DNA of 64,000 nucleotides from Isurus oxyrinchus (GCA_026770705.1 JANJGN010000071.1:2108001-2172000); one strand, 5' to 3'. Shown: positions 12,601 to 25,515, counted from the first letter of the stretch. Numbers and translations are program-made. The notes: a model not told the origin generated them from the sequence alone.

Positions 12601-15600
12601 AGAATGCCATGTAAGATCTAACACGAGTGTGTGATATAGTCTTAATGAAACCTCTAGCATTTGTGCACAAGCCTGCTATCCAACAGAACTGAAGTTGGGG
12701 AAAAGCCACTTGGAATTCCTCTGTGCAGGGTATTGCTTTTATATTGTGTTAACTTGCTGAGTTTGTTTTAAATATAAAGTCTATTTTTGGACCGTTGCCT
12801 TAAAGGGAGTGTAACTGGGAGTCAGGTTATTTCGGAATTTTAAGAATTATTATTAAAATGGTAATTGTAGTGTCATGTACATGCATGATATCATTTATTC
12901 TGAGAGCAAGTATTTTAATTTAATTTTCAAATCTCTAAAGTTCCTAGAGTAATTAGTGCTTCTGAATTCAGTGCACACATCTCATAATAAATACAAATTG
13001 CAAAATCATTATGATCGTGTGACCACCTTTCTCTCATGGACTTGGTCTGCCTGGCACACATCACCTGCCAAGTGATAACACTGTTGTAATATGCCTTTCA
13101 GGGACAGCAGCATGACATCACTCGAGGGGAAGTGTGTCATGTGATTTTTAGGAACTGGGGATAGGTTAAGTAAGTTCTATGTGTATTTGTGTGTGTTAGG
13201 CATAAGGTCTATCTTTAAGTTCAAGTTTAGTTTGATTTCTGTATTTGTGTGTTAAGAAAGGGGGAAACTTGACTTTTAGTTTCATTTTTATAGAAGCCAG
13301 AAATCTAATGAGGTTTGGTGACTGTTGAAGGAAAGTCAAAACAAATACAATGTGTAAGAAACTGTGCTGTTGCCTGGCAACAGTGATCCAGAGGGAAGGA
13401 CCCACAGAGACAGAGAAAAACAGAAAAGTACTTTCAGTTCTGTTGAAAGGAGTTGCCAGGAGAAGCAGCAAAGGAGCGGGACAGATAGTCAGTCCCAAAT
13501 TATAGAAGAAGCCAAAACTATCGAGTGGAACAGGAGAAAGGGCCAAGAAGACCCTCTAGTCCAAGGAAGATCAGGAATCTGGACAAGGTCCTGTTAAGTC
13601 AAGTTAAGGTTGAGGTTCAGAGGAGGGATCCAAGCTAAAAGAGAATGGGCAAAAGGACACAGACCCAAAGCAAAAAAGGCTTATGAGAAGCCAGAAGATC
13701 CTAGGAGACACCACAGGTTGGTGACTCATTACTACGGCCATGTGAAGCCATGGTGTTCCATTGACACGGCTGAGCATTGGAGAGACAGGGCGTGGAAGGA
13801 AGGCTGAATGCACGTGGCGATCCAGGGGGCAGGAACATGGGAAGGAGAGTTTGAAATAGTGAAAGTGGACCCTTGTGGAAGGTGTCTGAGTGAAAGTGTC
13901 ATGTTGGAGAAGATTCCAAAGAGAGCACTTGGTGAGTAGAGATTGGAAACTCTCATGTGAAAGAAGCAGTTTCGTTAGACCAGTTGCCTCACGGTGTAAC
14001 AAGCGTCTAGAGTCAGTTGAGGAGGGACCCGGAGCATTTGTTCCAAGTGGGCTCTGTCACTTGGTTTCAGAATGTGGTGTCCCTGACCCCAGGTCGTCTA
14101 CTGTTTTACATCGACTGTGTACTTAGTGTGAACATGAGAGTATAAGTTAGTTATTGTAATTGTGTTATCCTTATGAAACTGTAAATGTATAGGTCTGGGT
14201 GAAGGAGTAATGTCATATAGTTTGTCTTTCCTAGTTTAATAAATGTTTTATTCTTTTGTTAGAAGTTCATCAGATGACTCCTGTGACTCTGTTCAGTAGC
14301 CGCACTCCACATTCCTAAATAAAAAATATAAGTTAGGACCTATCAAGCTGAGTTCCACCCTGGGATCTGACTTGCCCAGTAGTAACATCAGCTGGGATGA
14401 TAACACCATCCAGTCCAAGTTTCACTTTGGTCTGTGAGCAGAACACAGCTCACACAGTTTGGCTGCAGGTGTCTCCCAGCTTTCTATCCTTGTACATCTG
14501 TTCTCATGTCCCTATTCAAAATAACTGAACCCACAATGTATTTACCCAATTCCGTATCAGTGGCTGGTGCCTTTATATCATTATAAAAACACAACATGGT
14601 GATCAGCGGTGACCAAACATTCTGGCAGCAAGATTCAGTACAATATGAAAATGATACCAGAAACCTCTTATTCTCTGTCCTTCGCAAAGATCCATCCCTG
14701 CAGCAGGAGCCTTAAGAGTTATTGATGTGGGGCTTAATTTATCAGATTGTAGAATGATCTGGAAGAGAAGGAAGTCATTTGGCCCATCGAGCCTGTGCTG
14801 GACCTTTGAAATATCTGTCCAATTAGTCCCACTTTCACTTCTGCTCTCTCCTCCACAGCCCTGCAAAATGTCCCCTTCAAGTATTTATCCAGTTCCCCTT
14901 CTGAAAGTTCCTGTTGAATCTGCTTCCACCGCCCTTTCAGGCAGTGAGTCAATGGTCTCTCTCTGAGCTGCAAAGTGCTCAGATTCTGTGAAATTTAAAC
15001 TCTGCAGCAGGTCAGAGACACTCATGAGAACTCAGAATATTTGACAGTTTTACACACAGACAGCTTTCCCTTCCTTCTCTCTTTCAGTTATCTTGCTCCC
15101 TTATTGAAGTATCTAGCATGGTGAGAATGGACAGGAAGTGTGACACTGAACAGCCTGTCTATTCTAGGAGCTGCTGTGTTGTCTTCATGGGAAATTCTGA
15201 CTAAAATCAGCAAATGACACAAAATTTCAGGGCATTGTTATCCGAGTCCTAGCATCAGGATAGACCTCATTCCCCAGTTTTTATCCCTGTTTCTCTATTC
15301 AGCCGATCGCTCCCCTGTCACTGGCTGACCTACATTGGCTCCCAGTCCAGCAATGACTCAAATTTCAAATTCTCATCATTGATTTCTTACCCGCAATCCA
15401 CCCTCTCCCCTCCCTATCTCTGTAACCTCCTCCAGTTCTTACAACCCTCTGAGATCTCTATTCTCCTCCAATTCTGCTGTCAGACAGGGAGTCAGTGTAT
15501 ATCAGTGAGCACAGGGGTGATGGGTGAATGGGACTTGGTGTGAGGTTGTACACTGGCTCACTGCTGAATCGGTTCCCAATCACAGCTCAATAAGAATGAT

Positions 15601-15692
15601 CTTTTACAAAGACTATTAGCCATAAATCTGTCTGAGCTGACGATGATATTACCTTGGAGAAGTGACAGGAGGAAGTAAGATTTCCCGATCAT
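6545..15692 (-). CDS. Gene A: Siglec-like receptor, activating type (leader 15692-15653; V 11760-11395; V 9664-9299; C2 8570-8274; TM/tail 6684-6545), ~402 aa if the broken exon at 7799-7950 is skipped
   Basis: All five exons have canonical AG/GT boundaries and compatible phase 1. V exons carry the Siglec motifs CVQIPC, DCSL and Y(F/L)FR. Confidence 0.82.
7799..7950 (-). pseudogene. 5'-truncated C2-set Ig exon of gene A
   Basis: Matches the 3' half of the gene B repeat exon (MNRTSSNNELWLVIPHVTSRDTGDYQC..ENEHGAVEGFITITVE) with its donor. The acceptor and 5' half are replaced by ~180 bp of unrelated sequence. Confidence 0.8.
8274..8570 (-). CDS. Gene A C2-set exon following the V domains (Siglec domain-2 type)
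   Basis: 297-nt exon DFTDKP..VSCTFNTTCNG..WDT..LSCRVRYP..LTVQ, nearly identical to 31811-32107. Confidence 0.9.
9299..9664 (-). CDS. Gene A second V-set exon (V2)
   Basis: 366 nt, AG/GT, EPSQEWKG..EGSCVQIPC..GDCSL..YFFRIE; essential Arg intact. Confidence 0.9.
9720..10510 (+). mobile_element. CR1-type LINE 3' fragment in the V1-V2 intron of gene A
   Basis: QRDLGVLVHESQK; RRNFLSQR..LWNSLP. Confidence 0.8.
11395..11760 (-). CDS. Gene A first V-set exon (V1)
   Basis: 366 nt, AG/GT, GLPQVWKG..EGSCVQIPC..GDCSL..YLFRTD; essential Arg intact. Confidence 0.9.
12150..14405 (+). mobile_element. Two adjacent LTR-like (solo LTR) segments
   Basis: TG...AACA ends with internal AATAAA; 12150-13080 resembles 48590-49470. 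Confidence 0.45.
15653..15692 (-). CDS. Gene A signal-peptide exon MIGKSYFLLSLLQ
   Basis: ATG + 40 nt + AG|GTAAT donor in phase 1. The same exon is conserved at 25476, 59537 and 61663. Confidence 0.8.
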
Positions 15693-16142
15693 TGTCCACT
15701 CCCAGATATTCCATCCACTTCTGACTCTCAAGCTATGAAAGAGAAAGGAGATAATGAGACCTCACCTCTTGTCCGACAGCTCTCGAGAGATCAGAACTGC
15801 TTTTAGACAATGTTTTCTCAGACTAATTTGATTATCTGTGGGATGATAGGTGCTCTGCAGAGAGTCACAAGACTTTAACAAAGAAAAACAATGAAGGGTT
15901 TGCATTTCTATAGCACCTTTCACCACCTCAAGATGTCCCAAAGCTCATGTCTCTGCTCTTCCCTCATCCCTTGAGCTAGAAAGATGTTCTGTACAACAGA
16001 CTTGAGCCTCACACCCAGATCTCAATAACCAGTAGAAATCTTTCAAAGACATCAATCATTGGAATCTGTCTTTATAAAGTCACAACATCAACAAAGGACA
16101 GTGTTGGTGGTGGAAGTGAATTCCAATCGTTCCATTACTTAC

Positions 16143-16290
16143 CCAGGACCTGTCCGACTGCTTGCCTGGGGAGGAACTGCCCACCCGCTCTGCTTGGGCA
16201 GAATGACCTCTTCCTGTGCTGCTCCCTCTGTGTGTTTAATTAGAAAGGGTTGATGTGTCACTGTGAGACAAAATGTGGAAGTGGGTAATC
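16143..16290 (-). promoter_or_regulatory. Putative promoter / non-coding first exon of gene A
   Basis: Reverse-complement copy of 24900-25044, ending in donor CTGG|GTAAGT; contains ETS-like GGAAG motifs. Confidence 0.45.
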
Positions 16291-16506
16291 AGTGAGAAGA
16301 TTGAGGATGTTTTGTGCTCTCAGCAAAACGTTTACCATGTGATGATCTGTCAGCTCATATTTGGGCAGCTGTAGTCATGAAGCTTCTCCAATGGCTCCGT
16401 GGGATTAAACCCCTTCCCCTCACCTCGGAGGCTGAAACTCAGGCGATAAGAGTTCCCAATACAGGTCTCTGGCCATATGGTCCATGTCGACAATCTGTGG
16501 TATCAT

Positions 16507-17180
16507 TACTGAGGGAGTGCTGCACTGTCAGAGGGTCAGTGCAGAGGGAATGCTGCAATGTTGGAGGGGTCAGTACTGAGTGAGTGCTGCACTGTCAGAG
16601 GGTCAGTAATGTGGGAGTACTGCACCATCAGAGGGTCAGTGCTAAGGAAGTGCTGCACTGTTGCAGGGTCAGTACTGAGGGAGTGCTGCACTGTCAGAGG
16701 GTCAGTGAAAAGGGAGTGCTGCACTGTTGGAGGGTCAGTACTGAGGGAGTGCTGCACTGTCAGAGGGTCAGGGCTAAGGGAGTGCTGCACTGTTGGAGGG
16801 TCAGTACTGAGTGAGTGCTGCACTGTCAGAGGGTCAGTGCTAAGGCAGTGCTGCATTGTTGGAGGGTCAGTAGTGAGGGAGTGCTGCACTGTCAGAGGGT
16901 CAGGGCTAAGGGAGTGCTGCACTGATGGAGGGTCAGTACTGAGTGAGTGCTGCACTGTCAGAGGGTCAGTGCTAAAGGAGTGCTGCACTGTTGGAGGGTC
17001 AGTACTGAGTGAGCGCTGCACTGATGGAGGGTCAGTTCCGAGGGAGTGCTGCACTGTCAGAGGGTCAGTGCTAAGGAAGTGCTGCACTGTACAGAGGGAG
17101 TGCGAGACTGACAGAGGGTCACTATTGAGGATGTTCTGCACAGTCGGGGGGGTCAGTACTGAGGGAGCACTGCACTGCCA
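16507..17180 (+). repeat. 33-bp minisatellite
   Basis: Tandem gagggagtgctgcactgtcagagggtcagtact. Confidence 0.95.
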
Positions 17181-17322
17181 TAGGTGGTTTCTTTCAGATG
17201 ACATGAGAGAGAGGGTTAAACCCACTGAGACACGACTGACACTAACGAGGCTGCACAATAATTTAACCCTATCAGTGCCAGTAATTGATGTGAGGATGTC
17301 TTCTGTTTCCATTTCTCTGTAG

Positions 17323-17571
17323 GGTAAACAGAACGTGCTGATTACTGAGCCCCGGAACACAACCAGAGACACAACTAGTGAGGGGGAGACCCCAGCTCCC
17401 CGGGGTCTCTCTGAAAGTGCATTGGGAGGCGATGCTGCACATTGGCACATCGACAATCCCAACGGCCTTCTCTACGCCAATCCCCAAGTATTGAGCATGT
17501 CCAGTGATGATGGGTCTGTCCACAGGGATCAGGAGACGGAATACGCACAGATCAGGTTCGAGCATAACTGA
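17323..17571 (+). pseudogene. Orphan terminal cytoplasmic exon, copy 1 (LLYANP ... TEYAQIRF)
   Basis: Acceptor ctctgtag, open frame to TGA, paralog of 48044-48292. No + strand ectodomain exons lie upstream within the window. Confidence 0.75.
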
Positions 17572-18159
17572 ATGAAAAATGGGGAGAGGGAGTGAGGAGG
17601 TATGGGGGTGGGGGTAGTGATTGAGATTCCTGGGAACGGGAAACAACCCACTGGGGGAGAGGGGGAGAGAGGGAGGAAGGGATGGGATTGGGCTGCGGTT
17701 GGTGTGGTTTGGAATGAAATGCTTCTCCAGAGAGGACTGGATGCTGAGCCACTGGGGATAGAGATTCACTGTCTCTCTCTGTCTCTCTCTCTCTCTCTCT
17801 CGCTCTCTTGTTCTCTCTCTCCCTCTCTCTGTCTTTCTTTCTGTGTCTGTCACTCATTCTCTATCTCCAGCTCCTCCTTTAAGATGCCCGTTAATAACTG
17901 ACTTTGTTGACTCAGCTGTTGGTCTCCTGTCCCTTATATCTCCTCATGTGCCTCAGAGTCAGGTGAAGATGTGACTAACAATTCCCGGATGAGCCTTGGG
18001 ACATTTTGCTACATTAAAGGTGCTATATAAATGCAAGTAGTTGCAGTAAGTCTGATCTGCTTCGATTAACAATGGAACCACAAAGGCTCCTTCGACAGGG
18101 CATGTGTGCAGGAGGATCCCAATAAATACATTGTGCTGTGAGATTTTTAATTCTTACAT

Positions 18160-18610
18160 CGAATGTGGCTGTCACTGGTGAAGCCAGCATTAATGCCCAT
18201 CCCTAATTGCCCTTGAGAAGGTGGTGGTGATCAGCCTTCTTGACCCGCTGCAGTCCATGTGGTGTAGGTACACCCACAGTGCTGTTAGAGAGTGAGTTCC
18301 AGGATTTTGACCCTGCGACAGTGAAGGAACGGTGATATATTTCCAAGTCAGGATGGTGAGTGACTTGGAGGGGAACTTCCAGGTGGTGGTGTTCCCATGT
18401 GTCTGCTGCCCTTGTCCTTCTAGATGGTAGAGGTCGTGGGTTTGGAAGGTGCTGTTGAAGGAGCCTTGCTGAGTTGCTGCAGTGCATCTTGTAGATGGTA
18501 CACACACTGCTTCCACTGTGTGTTCGTTGTGGAGGGAGTGAATGTTTAATGTGGGGGATGGGGTGTAGATCAATCGGGCTGCTTTGTCCTGGATGGTGTC
18601 AAGCTTCTTG
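18160..18610 (-). mobile_element. CR1/L2-clade LINE 3' end
   Basis: HLPNPRPLP..KSWNSL; same tail as 50200-50540. Confidence 0.8.
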
Positions 18611-18744
18611 ATTCTGTGCTTTGTATAGAACTGATTTAAAGAGACAGTCCCAGTCGTTGGTCTAAGATTACAGTGGGCTCTGTGTCTGTGCTACACTGAC
18701 TCTCTGCTATATGATAACCACAGTGTGATATTGTGTTATTACAG

Positions 18745-18826
18745 GAGAAAGACAGCGATGGAGGAGAGAGTTTCAGGGACCAGTGACATTGCCTTGACTC
18801 CCAGTCCACTCTCTGTGAAGCACCAG
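18745..18826 (+). pseudogene. Orphan first cytoplasmic exon (RKTAMEERVSGTSDIALTPSPLSVKHQ)
   Basis: 82-nt exon with AG/GT, paralog of 46580-46661. Confidence 0.75.
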
Positions 18827-18964
18827 GTACAGGAACTGTTTACACTCACTCCAAAGCTTCAATCTCAGTGTGTAGACAACACATGTCCCAGATTCCCAGC
18901 CCTGTTACCCACTGATTTGTACCTGTGGAGTCAGCAATGGTTCAATATCATGCTGTCTCTCTGT

Positions 18965-19720
18965 TATGACACAGCAACTGGTAAAGGCTGTTGTTTAAAA
19001 TCCCAGAGGGAAACTTTAAACAACTGTCATAACCTATATTTCCCAGTGGAATGTTTGAGATGCAGCTCTAAATTCAGGAATAAGACCACCAGTTCTTGAG
19101 ATGGTTTTATATCAAACTACATGAGACATTTATTAATTTTCACAAGTTAATCATATGCACATGGCTACAAACTAGTATTATCATAACTTTTTAACAAATT
19201 CCCAAACTAACGTCCTCTAAGACAACCCATAGACTTTAAGCAGATTCCAAGCGAAGCATTTTCACCTCACAAATTCCAAATGAGGTTCCTTTCACTTTGG
19301 TTCCTTTGCAGACAGGTGCAGGCTTACAGCTGCTTTGATGTTACAAGCCTCTGCTCTGCACACACAAAACTGCTCAAGTTATACCCAGTGCTTCTCTTTG
19401 AATGTAAATTCTCATTGTATCATCAGGACCTTTGAACTCCATCTCTTCTAACTATAAATCCCGTTTCATAGTATCAATTTTATTAGTAATATCAACATTG
19501 ATTGGTTTAAGAATTCACTCCCAGGCTTTGAATCCTCCTTTTAAAAATGCAATATGCCTCTTTACCTCTTTGTTTACATCTCAAAACTACTATACATCAA
19601 AGTCCCCAGACCGGCTGGCTTTAATCCAATTAAAACACACACACACACACCCACAGACTAAACCTCTGTTTAAAAAGACAATTTCCAATTACAATACATA
19701 CATTAATAGATTCATAACGC
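18965..19720 (-). mobile_element. LTR-like element, related copy at ~23345-24155
   Basis: Shared start tgacacagc..ggtaaaggctg and shared internal motifs between the two copies. Confidence 0.45.
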
Positions 19721-19847
19721 TCTGTCTCTGACCCTTCATCTCTCTCTCTCTCTCTCATCCTCTCTCTGATTACAAGATTCATGTTATTGAGCCTCACACC
19801 AGGCACCTGAGTGCAGAATCCAAGCCGACACTCGCCAGAGCCTTACC

Positions 19848-20130
19848 GAGGGAGTGCGAGACTGACAGAGGGTCAGTACTGAGGGAGTGCTGCACTGTCA
19901 GAGGGTCAGTACTGAGGGAGTGCTGCACTGTCAGAGGGTCAGTACTGAGGAAGACCTGTACTGTCGGAGGGTCAGTACTGAGGGAGCGCTGCACTGTTGG
20001 AGGGTCAGTACTGAGGGAGCGCTGCACTGTCGGAGGGTCAGTACTGAGGGAGTGCTGCACTGTTGGATGGTCAGCATTGAGGAAGTGCTGCGCTATCGAA
20101 GGGTCAGTACTGAGGGAGCACTGCACTGCC
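19848..20130 (+). repeat. 33-bp minisatellite
   Basis: Same unit. Confidence 0.95.
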
Positions 20131-20273
20131 ATAGGTGTTTTCTTTCATAAAACATGGGAGAGAGGGTTAAACCCACTGACCCACGACTGATACTAACGAG
20201 GCTGCAGAATAATTTAACCCTATCAGTGCCAGTAAATGATGTGAGGATGCCTTCTGTTTCCATTTCTCTGTAG

Positions 20274-20522
20274 GGTAAACAGAACGTGCTGATTACTGAG
20301 CCCCGGAACACAACCAGAGGTACAACTAGTGAGGGGGAGACCCCAGCTCCCCGGGGTCTCTCTGAAGGTCCAGTGGGAGGCGATGCTGGACATGGGAACC
20401 CCGACAATCCCAACGACCTTCTCTACACCAATCCCCAAGTCTTCAGGGTGCCCAGTGGTGATGGGTCTGTCCACAGGGAAGAGCAGACGGAATACGCACA
20501 GATCAGATTCAAGAGAAACTGA
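20274..20522 (+). pseudogene. Orphan terminal cytoplasmic exon, copy 2 (LLYTNP ... TEYAQIRF)
   Basis: Acceptor and open frame; in phase with 18745-18826. Confidence 0.75.
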
Positions 20523-21669
20523 GCGTGAAAAAGGGAGAGGGGGTCAGGAGGTTTGTGGATGGTGGCAGGGATGAAGATTCTTGGGAACATGAGACAACCC
20601 ACTGGGGGAGAGGGGGAGAGAGGGAGGAAGGGACTGAATGGGTCTGTGGTTGGTGTGGTTTGGAATGAAATGTTTCCCCAGTGACGACTTGATGCTGAGT
20701 CATTGGGGACAGAGATTCAGTNNNNNNNNNNNNNNNNNNNNNNNNNNNNNNNNNNNNNNNNNNNNNNNNNNNNNNNNNNNNNNNNNNNNNNNNNNNNNNN
20801 NNNNNNNNNNNNNNNNNNNNNNNNNNNNNNNNNNNNNNNNNNNNNNNNNNNNNNNNNNNNNNNNNNNNNNNNNNNNNNNNNNNNNNNNNNNNNNNNNNNN
20901 NATTAACTGGCTTTGTGAAATCAGCTTTTTGTCACCTGTCCCTAATACCTCATTATGTGTCTCAGAGATGGATTTATATGTAGGTAACAATCCCCTGAAG
21001 AGATTTGGGACAGTTTGTTACATTAAGTGTGCCATATAAATGCAAGTTGTTGCAGGAAAGTTGATCTGCCTCGATTCAGAATGGTAATTCGGAGGGTCCA
21101 TCGACAGGGCGTGTGTGCAACAGCCTCGCAATAAATGCATTGCACGGCAACAACTAAGCATGTCCTTTGATGCTGATGCATCCCAGTACTGCTGTGTGGA
21201 CACATCACAACCGAGGGACTGCCTGACTGCGTGCAGCCAACATGGCCGAATAGTAATTAGCAGAAATGTGATGTCACTGAACTTTGTTGACATTTCAGAA
21301 AGTGCTTTCTGAATTCTGCAACTTGTTTATTCTGTGATAGATTACAAGAAGCCTTTGCATTTTCTATAATATTACATTTATTGTCACAAGGGATTGAAAT
21401 GCCCAGACACCACCACCTGGAAGTTCGCCTCCAAGCCACACATCATCCTGATTTTGAAATATATCGCCATTCCTTCACTGCCACTTGGTCAAAATCTTGG
21501 ACTTCCTTCTCTAACTGCATTGTGGGTGTACCTACACCACATGGACTGCAGAGGGTCAGGAAGGCAGCTCACCACCACCTTCTCAAGGTAATTAGGGATG
21601 GGCCATAAATGCTGGCCTAGCCAGTGATGCCCACTTCCCATGGAAGAATGAATATATAAAATATAAAGT

Positions 21670-24560
21670 TGGAACAAATGAATGAAGTTATAGCACAAAT
21701 AGAGATTAATGGGTACGATAAGATGGACACTGCAGAGAGTTGGTTGCAAGGTGACCAAGGTTGGAAATTGAAAATTGAAGGATATTTGGAATCTTTGAAA
21801 GGATAGGAAAAATGAAAAGGAGGTGGGGTAGCTCTGTTAATAAAAGATGAGACCTGTAAAGTAGTGAGAAATGATTTTGGCTCAGATGTCAAGATGCACA
21901 GTCAGTTTGGGTGAACATAAGGAATTGCAAGGGAAAGAAATCACTGGTGGGTTGGTTTATACTCCCCCCTGACAGTAGTTACACTGCAGGGGTAGATTAT
22001 AAATCAATACATGAGGAGGTCTGTGAGAAAGGCACCACATTAATCATGGGAGTTTTCAATCGTCATATGGATTAGACAAATCAGATTAGCAAATGTAGCT
22101 TTCAGCGAGGTTATACAGATTGTATTCAGGACAGTATTTTAGAACAATGCAACATGGAACCAACCAGGGTAGAGGCTGTTTTGGTCCTGGCAATGTTTAA
22201 TGAGACAAGACTAATTAACATCTCATTGTAAAGGATCCTCAAGGGAAGAGTAATCATACGGTGTTGAAATTTAATATTCAATTTGGAAACTTGGGTCTGA
22301 AGCTAGTGTCATAAACTTAACTAAAGGCAATTACAAGGGTTAAAAGTAGAGTCGGCCCAAGTAGAGTGGGACAGCAGGTTTAACGGGGGGGGGGGGGGGG
22401 GGTGTAGATGAGGAGTAACAGGTGTCTAAAGAGATGTTTCATAAATGCCAATGAAGATATTTTCCAGTAAGAAAGAAAGAATCTATAAAAAGGATGGAGC
22501 ATCGGCGGCTAACTCAGGAAGCTAAGGACGGTATCCAACTGTGAGATAAAGCCGGCAATGTTGGGATGCTTAGTGATAGGCTGGAGATTGGGAATATTTG
22601 AGAAACCAGAAAAGTGAGGGGAGAAATATAAGGAGGCAGAAATGATGATATGAGAGTAAACTAGCAAGAACCATAAACAATGACAGTGAGATGTTGTACA
22701 TTAAAATAAGAGAGAAGCTACAGTAATAATGGGACACAGAGAAAATCAGACTGGGGAATTAATATTGGGAAACAAGGAAATGACAGAGACTTTCAACAAG
22801 AATTTTGTGTCTGTCTTCACAGTAAAAATCTCTAAAACCATCCCAATAGCAGGAGAAAGTCACGGTGCAACAAGGAGGGAGGAACATAAAACAATCACTA
22901 TCACCAGAGAAAAAGTATTAAGAAAACTAATGAGACAAATGCTGACAAGTCCCATGGAGCAGACGGCCTGAATGTGAGGGTCTGAAAGGAAATGGCTGCA
23001 GAGACGGTGGATGCATTGGTTGTAATCTTCCAGAATTCCTTAGATTATGGGAAGGTCCCAGCGCATTGGAAAAACATAAATAAAACATTTCTGTTCAATA
23101 AAGGGAGGAGGCAGAAAGCAAGAAACTACAGGTCAGGTAGTCTAATATCTGTCATTGGGAAAATACCAGAATTCATTATGAAGGAGGGAGCAGCAGGACA
23201 TTTAGAAAACCATAATTCAATCAGGCAGAGTCAACATGGGTTTGTGAAAGGGATATCATGTTTGAAAAAATAATTAGATTTCCTCGAGGATGTAACAAGT
23301 GGATTGGATAAAGGGGAACCTGTAGATGTGGTGTATTAGGGACTATGACACAGCCAAGGGTAAAGGCTGAGTTGTTCAAATCCCAGAGGGAAAATTGAAA
23401 CAACTGTCGTAACCCAATTTTGCTGTTTGTAATTTCGAGATGAAGACTTTGAATTCAGTAGGAATAAGACGACCGAGGATTGAGGGTTTTTTATATAAAA
23501 TTAAATAAACCATTTATTAATTTAACACATACACATTGGCTACAAGTAACTACTATAATAACTTTTTAACAAATCCCCCAATTAATCACCCCCACGTAAA
23601 TCTCTACTAAGGCAACAATGAACCATTGACATAATATAGACACCAGGCAAAGCACATTTGACATTACGAATTCCGAATGAGGTTCCTTTGCTAGTTGGTT
23701 GGAGGCTACAGGCTGGTTCGGTCTGAAATGCTCCTGCCTCACACACACAAACTCCTTCCTTTATATAGCTAGCTTTCCCTTTGAATGTAAATTTTCCATT
23801 GTATCACTCGGTCTTCTGAACTCCACCTCTTCGAACAATAAAACCCCCTTTCATAGCACCAATTTCATTAGTAAGTTCAAGAAAAAACACATCTTTTGGC
23901 TCCTTCTAACTAGGTGCAAGATTTTACCCCCAGTCTGGAATGGTTTATTCAACAATTGCAAATGAACAATTTACTGTTCTCCTCACAATTCACCTAATTA
24001 ACATCTCAAAACTACTAAACATCAAAGCACACAGACCAGTTGGCTTTAATCCAATTAAGACACACCCAGACACACACCTATTCATGGACCACCACTAGAA
24101 TTCTATTTTATTAATAATTTCCAAGCACATTTTACACACAAATATCTCTTCGTGACATTGGATTTCCAAAAGGCATTCATTAAGGTGCCACATCAAAGGA
24201 TACAGCACAGGGTGAAATTGGATGGTGTTGTGGGTGATATATTAATATGGATAGAGGACTGGCTAACTGATAGGAAACAGAGAGCCAGGATAAATGGGTG
24301 ATTTTCAGCTTGGTAAACTGTAACTAGTGGAGAGCCACAGGGATCAGTGCTGAGGCCTCAACTATTCACAATCTACATTAGTGACTTGGATGAAGGGACT
24401 GACTGTACTGTAGGCAGATTTTCTGACTGTGTGGTGAAGATAGGTAGGAAATATATAACCTGGGCAGGAAAGCAAGTTGTGAGGAGGACACAAAGAGGCT
24501 GTAGAGCGAGATAAATAGTTTCCGTGAGTGGATAAAATAATGAGCGGATGGAATATAAGG
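21670..24560 (+). mobile_element. Decayed CR1 LINE ORF2 (endonuclease-RT) interrupted by an LTR-like insert
   Basis: IFQNSLDYGKVP.HWK; SQHGFVKGISCL; PQGSVL-type motif near 24335. Confidence 0.8.
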
Positions 24561-24577
24561 AGTGAAAATATCAGGGT

Positions 24578-24792
24578 TAAAACAAAAAAACTGCAGATGC
24601 TGGAAATCCAAAACAAAAACAGAATTACCTGGAAAAACTCAGCAGGTCTGGCAGCATTGGCGGAGAAGAAAAGAGTTGACGTTTCGAGTCCTCATGACAA
24701 AAGGACTCAAGGACTCGAAAACGTCAACTCTTTTCTTCTCCGCCAATGCTGCCAGACCTGCTGAGTTTTTCCAGGTAATTCTGTTTTTGTTT
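24578..24792. mobile_element. Fold-back mini-element derived from the Penelope terminal repeat
   Basis: ~80-bp inverted arms; 15-bp TSD tgaaaatatcagggt at 24563-24577 and 24793-24807. Confidence 0.8.
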
Positions 24793-24899
24793 TGAAAATA
24801 TCAGGGTGTCCAGCTGATCCTACTTGTTCTGTTCTTATATTCTTATACAGACACAGGGTTTACTGACAGTGCACAGCAAAGTGCTGTTCACTCACTTTG

Positions 24900-25044
24900 T
24901 TCCGACTTCCTCATTTTGACTCACAGTGACACATCAATCCTTTCTAATTAAATACACAGAGGGAGCAGCACAGGAAGAGGTCATTCAGCCCAAGCAGAGC
25001 GTGTGGGCAGTTCCTCCCCAGGCGAGCAGTCGGACAAGTCCTGG
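24900..25044 (+). promoter_or_regulatory. Putative promoter / non-coding first exon of gene B
   Basis: PU.1-like ACTTCCTC (24905-24912), AP-1 TGACTCA (24917-24923), TATA-like TTAAATA (~24948), donor CTGG|GTAAGT at 25044. The block is repeated upstream of every leader exon. Confidence 0.5.
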
Positions 25045-25475
25045 GTAAGTAACGGAACGATTGGAATTCTCTTCCATGACCAACACCGTCCTTTGTTGAT
25101 GTTGTGACTTTATAAAGACAGATTCCAATGATCGATGCCTTTGAAAGATTTCTACTGATTATTGAGATCTGGGTGTGGGGATCAAGTCTGTTGTACAGAA
25201 CATCTTTCTAGCTCAAGGACATGAGCTTGGGGACATCCAAGGTGGTGAAAGGTGCTATAGAAATGCAAGACCTTCATTGTTTTTCTTTCTGAATGCCTTG
25301 TAACTCTCTGCAGAGCACCTATCATCCCACAAAGAATCAAATTAGTCTGTGAAGATATTGTCGAAAAGCTGTTCTGATCTCTTGAGAGCATTCGGACAAG
25401 AGGTGAAGTCTCATTAACTCCTTTCTCTTTCAGAACTTCAGAGTTAGAAGCTGAGGAAATATCTGGGAGTGGACA

Positions 25476-25515
25476 ATGATCGGTAAATCATACTTCCTCC
25501 TGTCACTTCTCCAAG
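25476..25515 (+). CDS. Gene B signal-peptide exon MIGKSYFLLSLLQ
   Basis: ATG, hydrophobic run, CAAG|GTAAT donor; continues in frame into VGLSQEW. Confidence 0.8.

Noticed and set aside
16507-17180. CRISPR-like regular repeats
   Set aside because: No unique spacers, no cas genes, eukaryotic context.
20700-20990. ORFs spanning N runs (many in the track)
   Set aside because: Artefacts of assembly gaps or masking.
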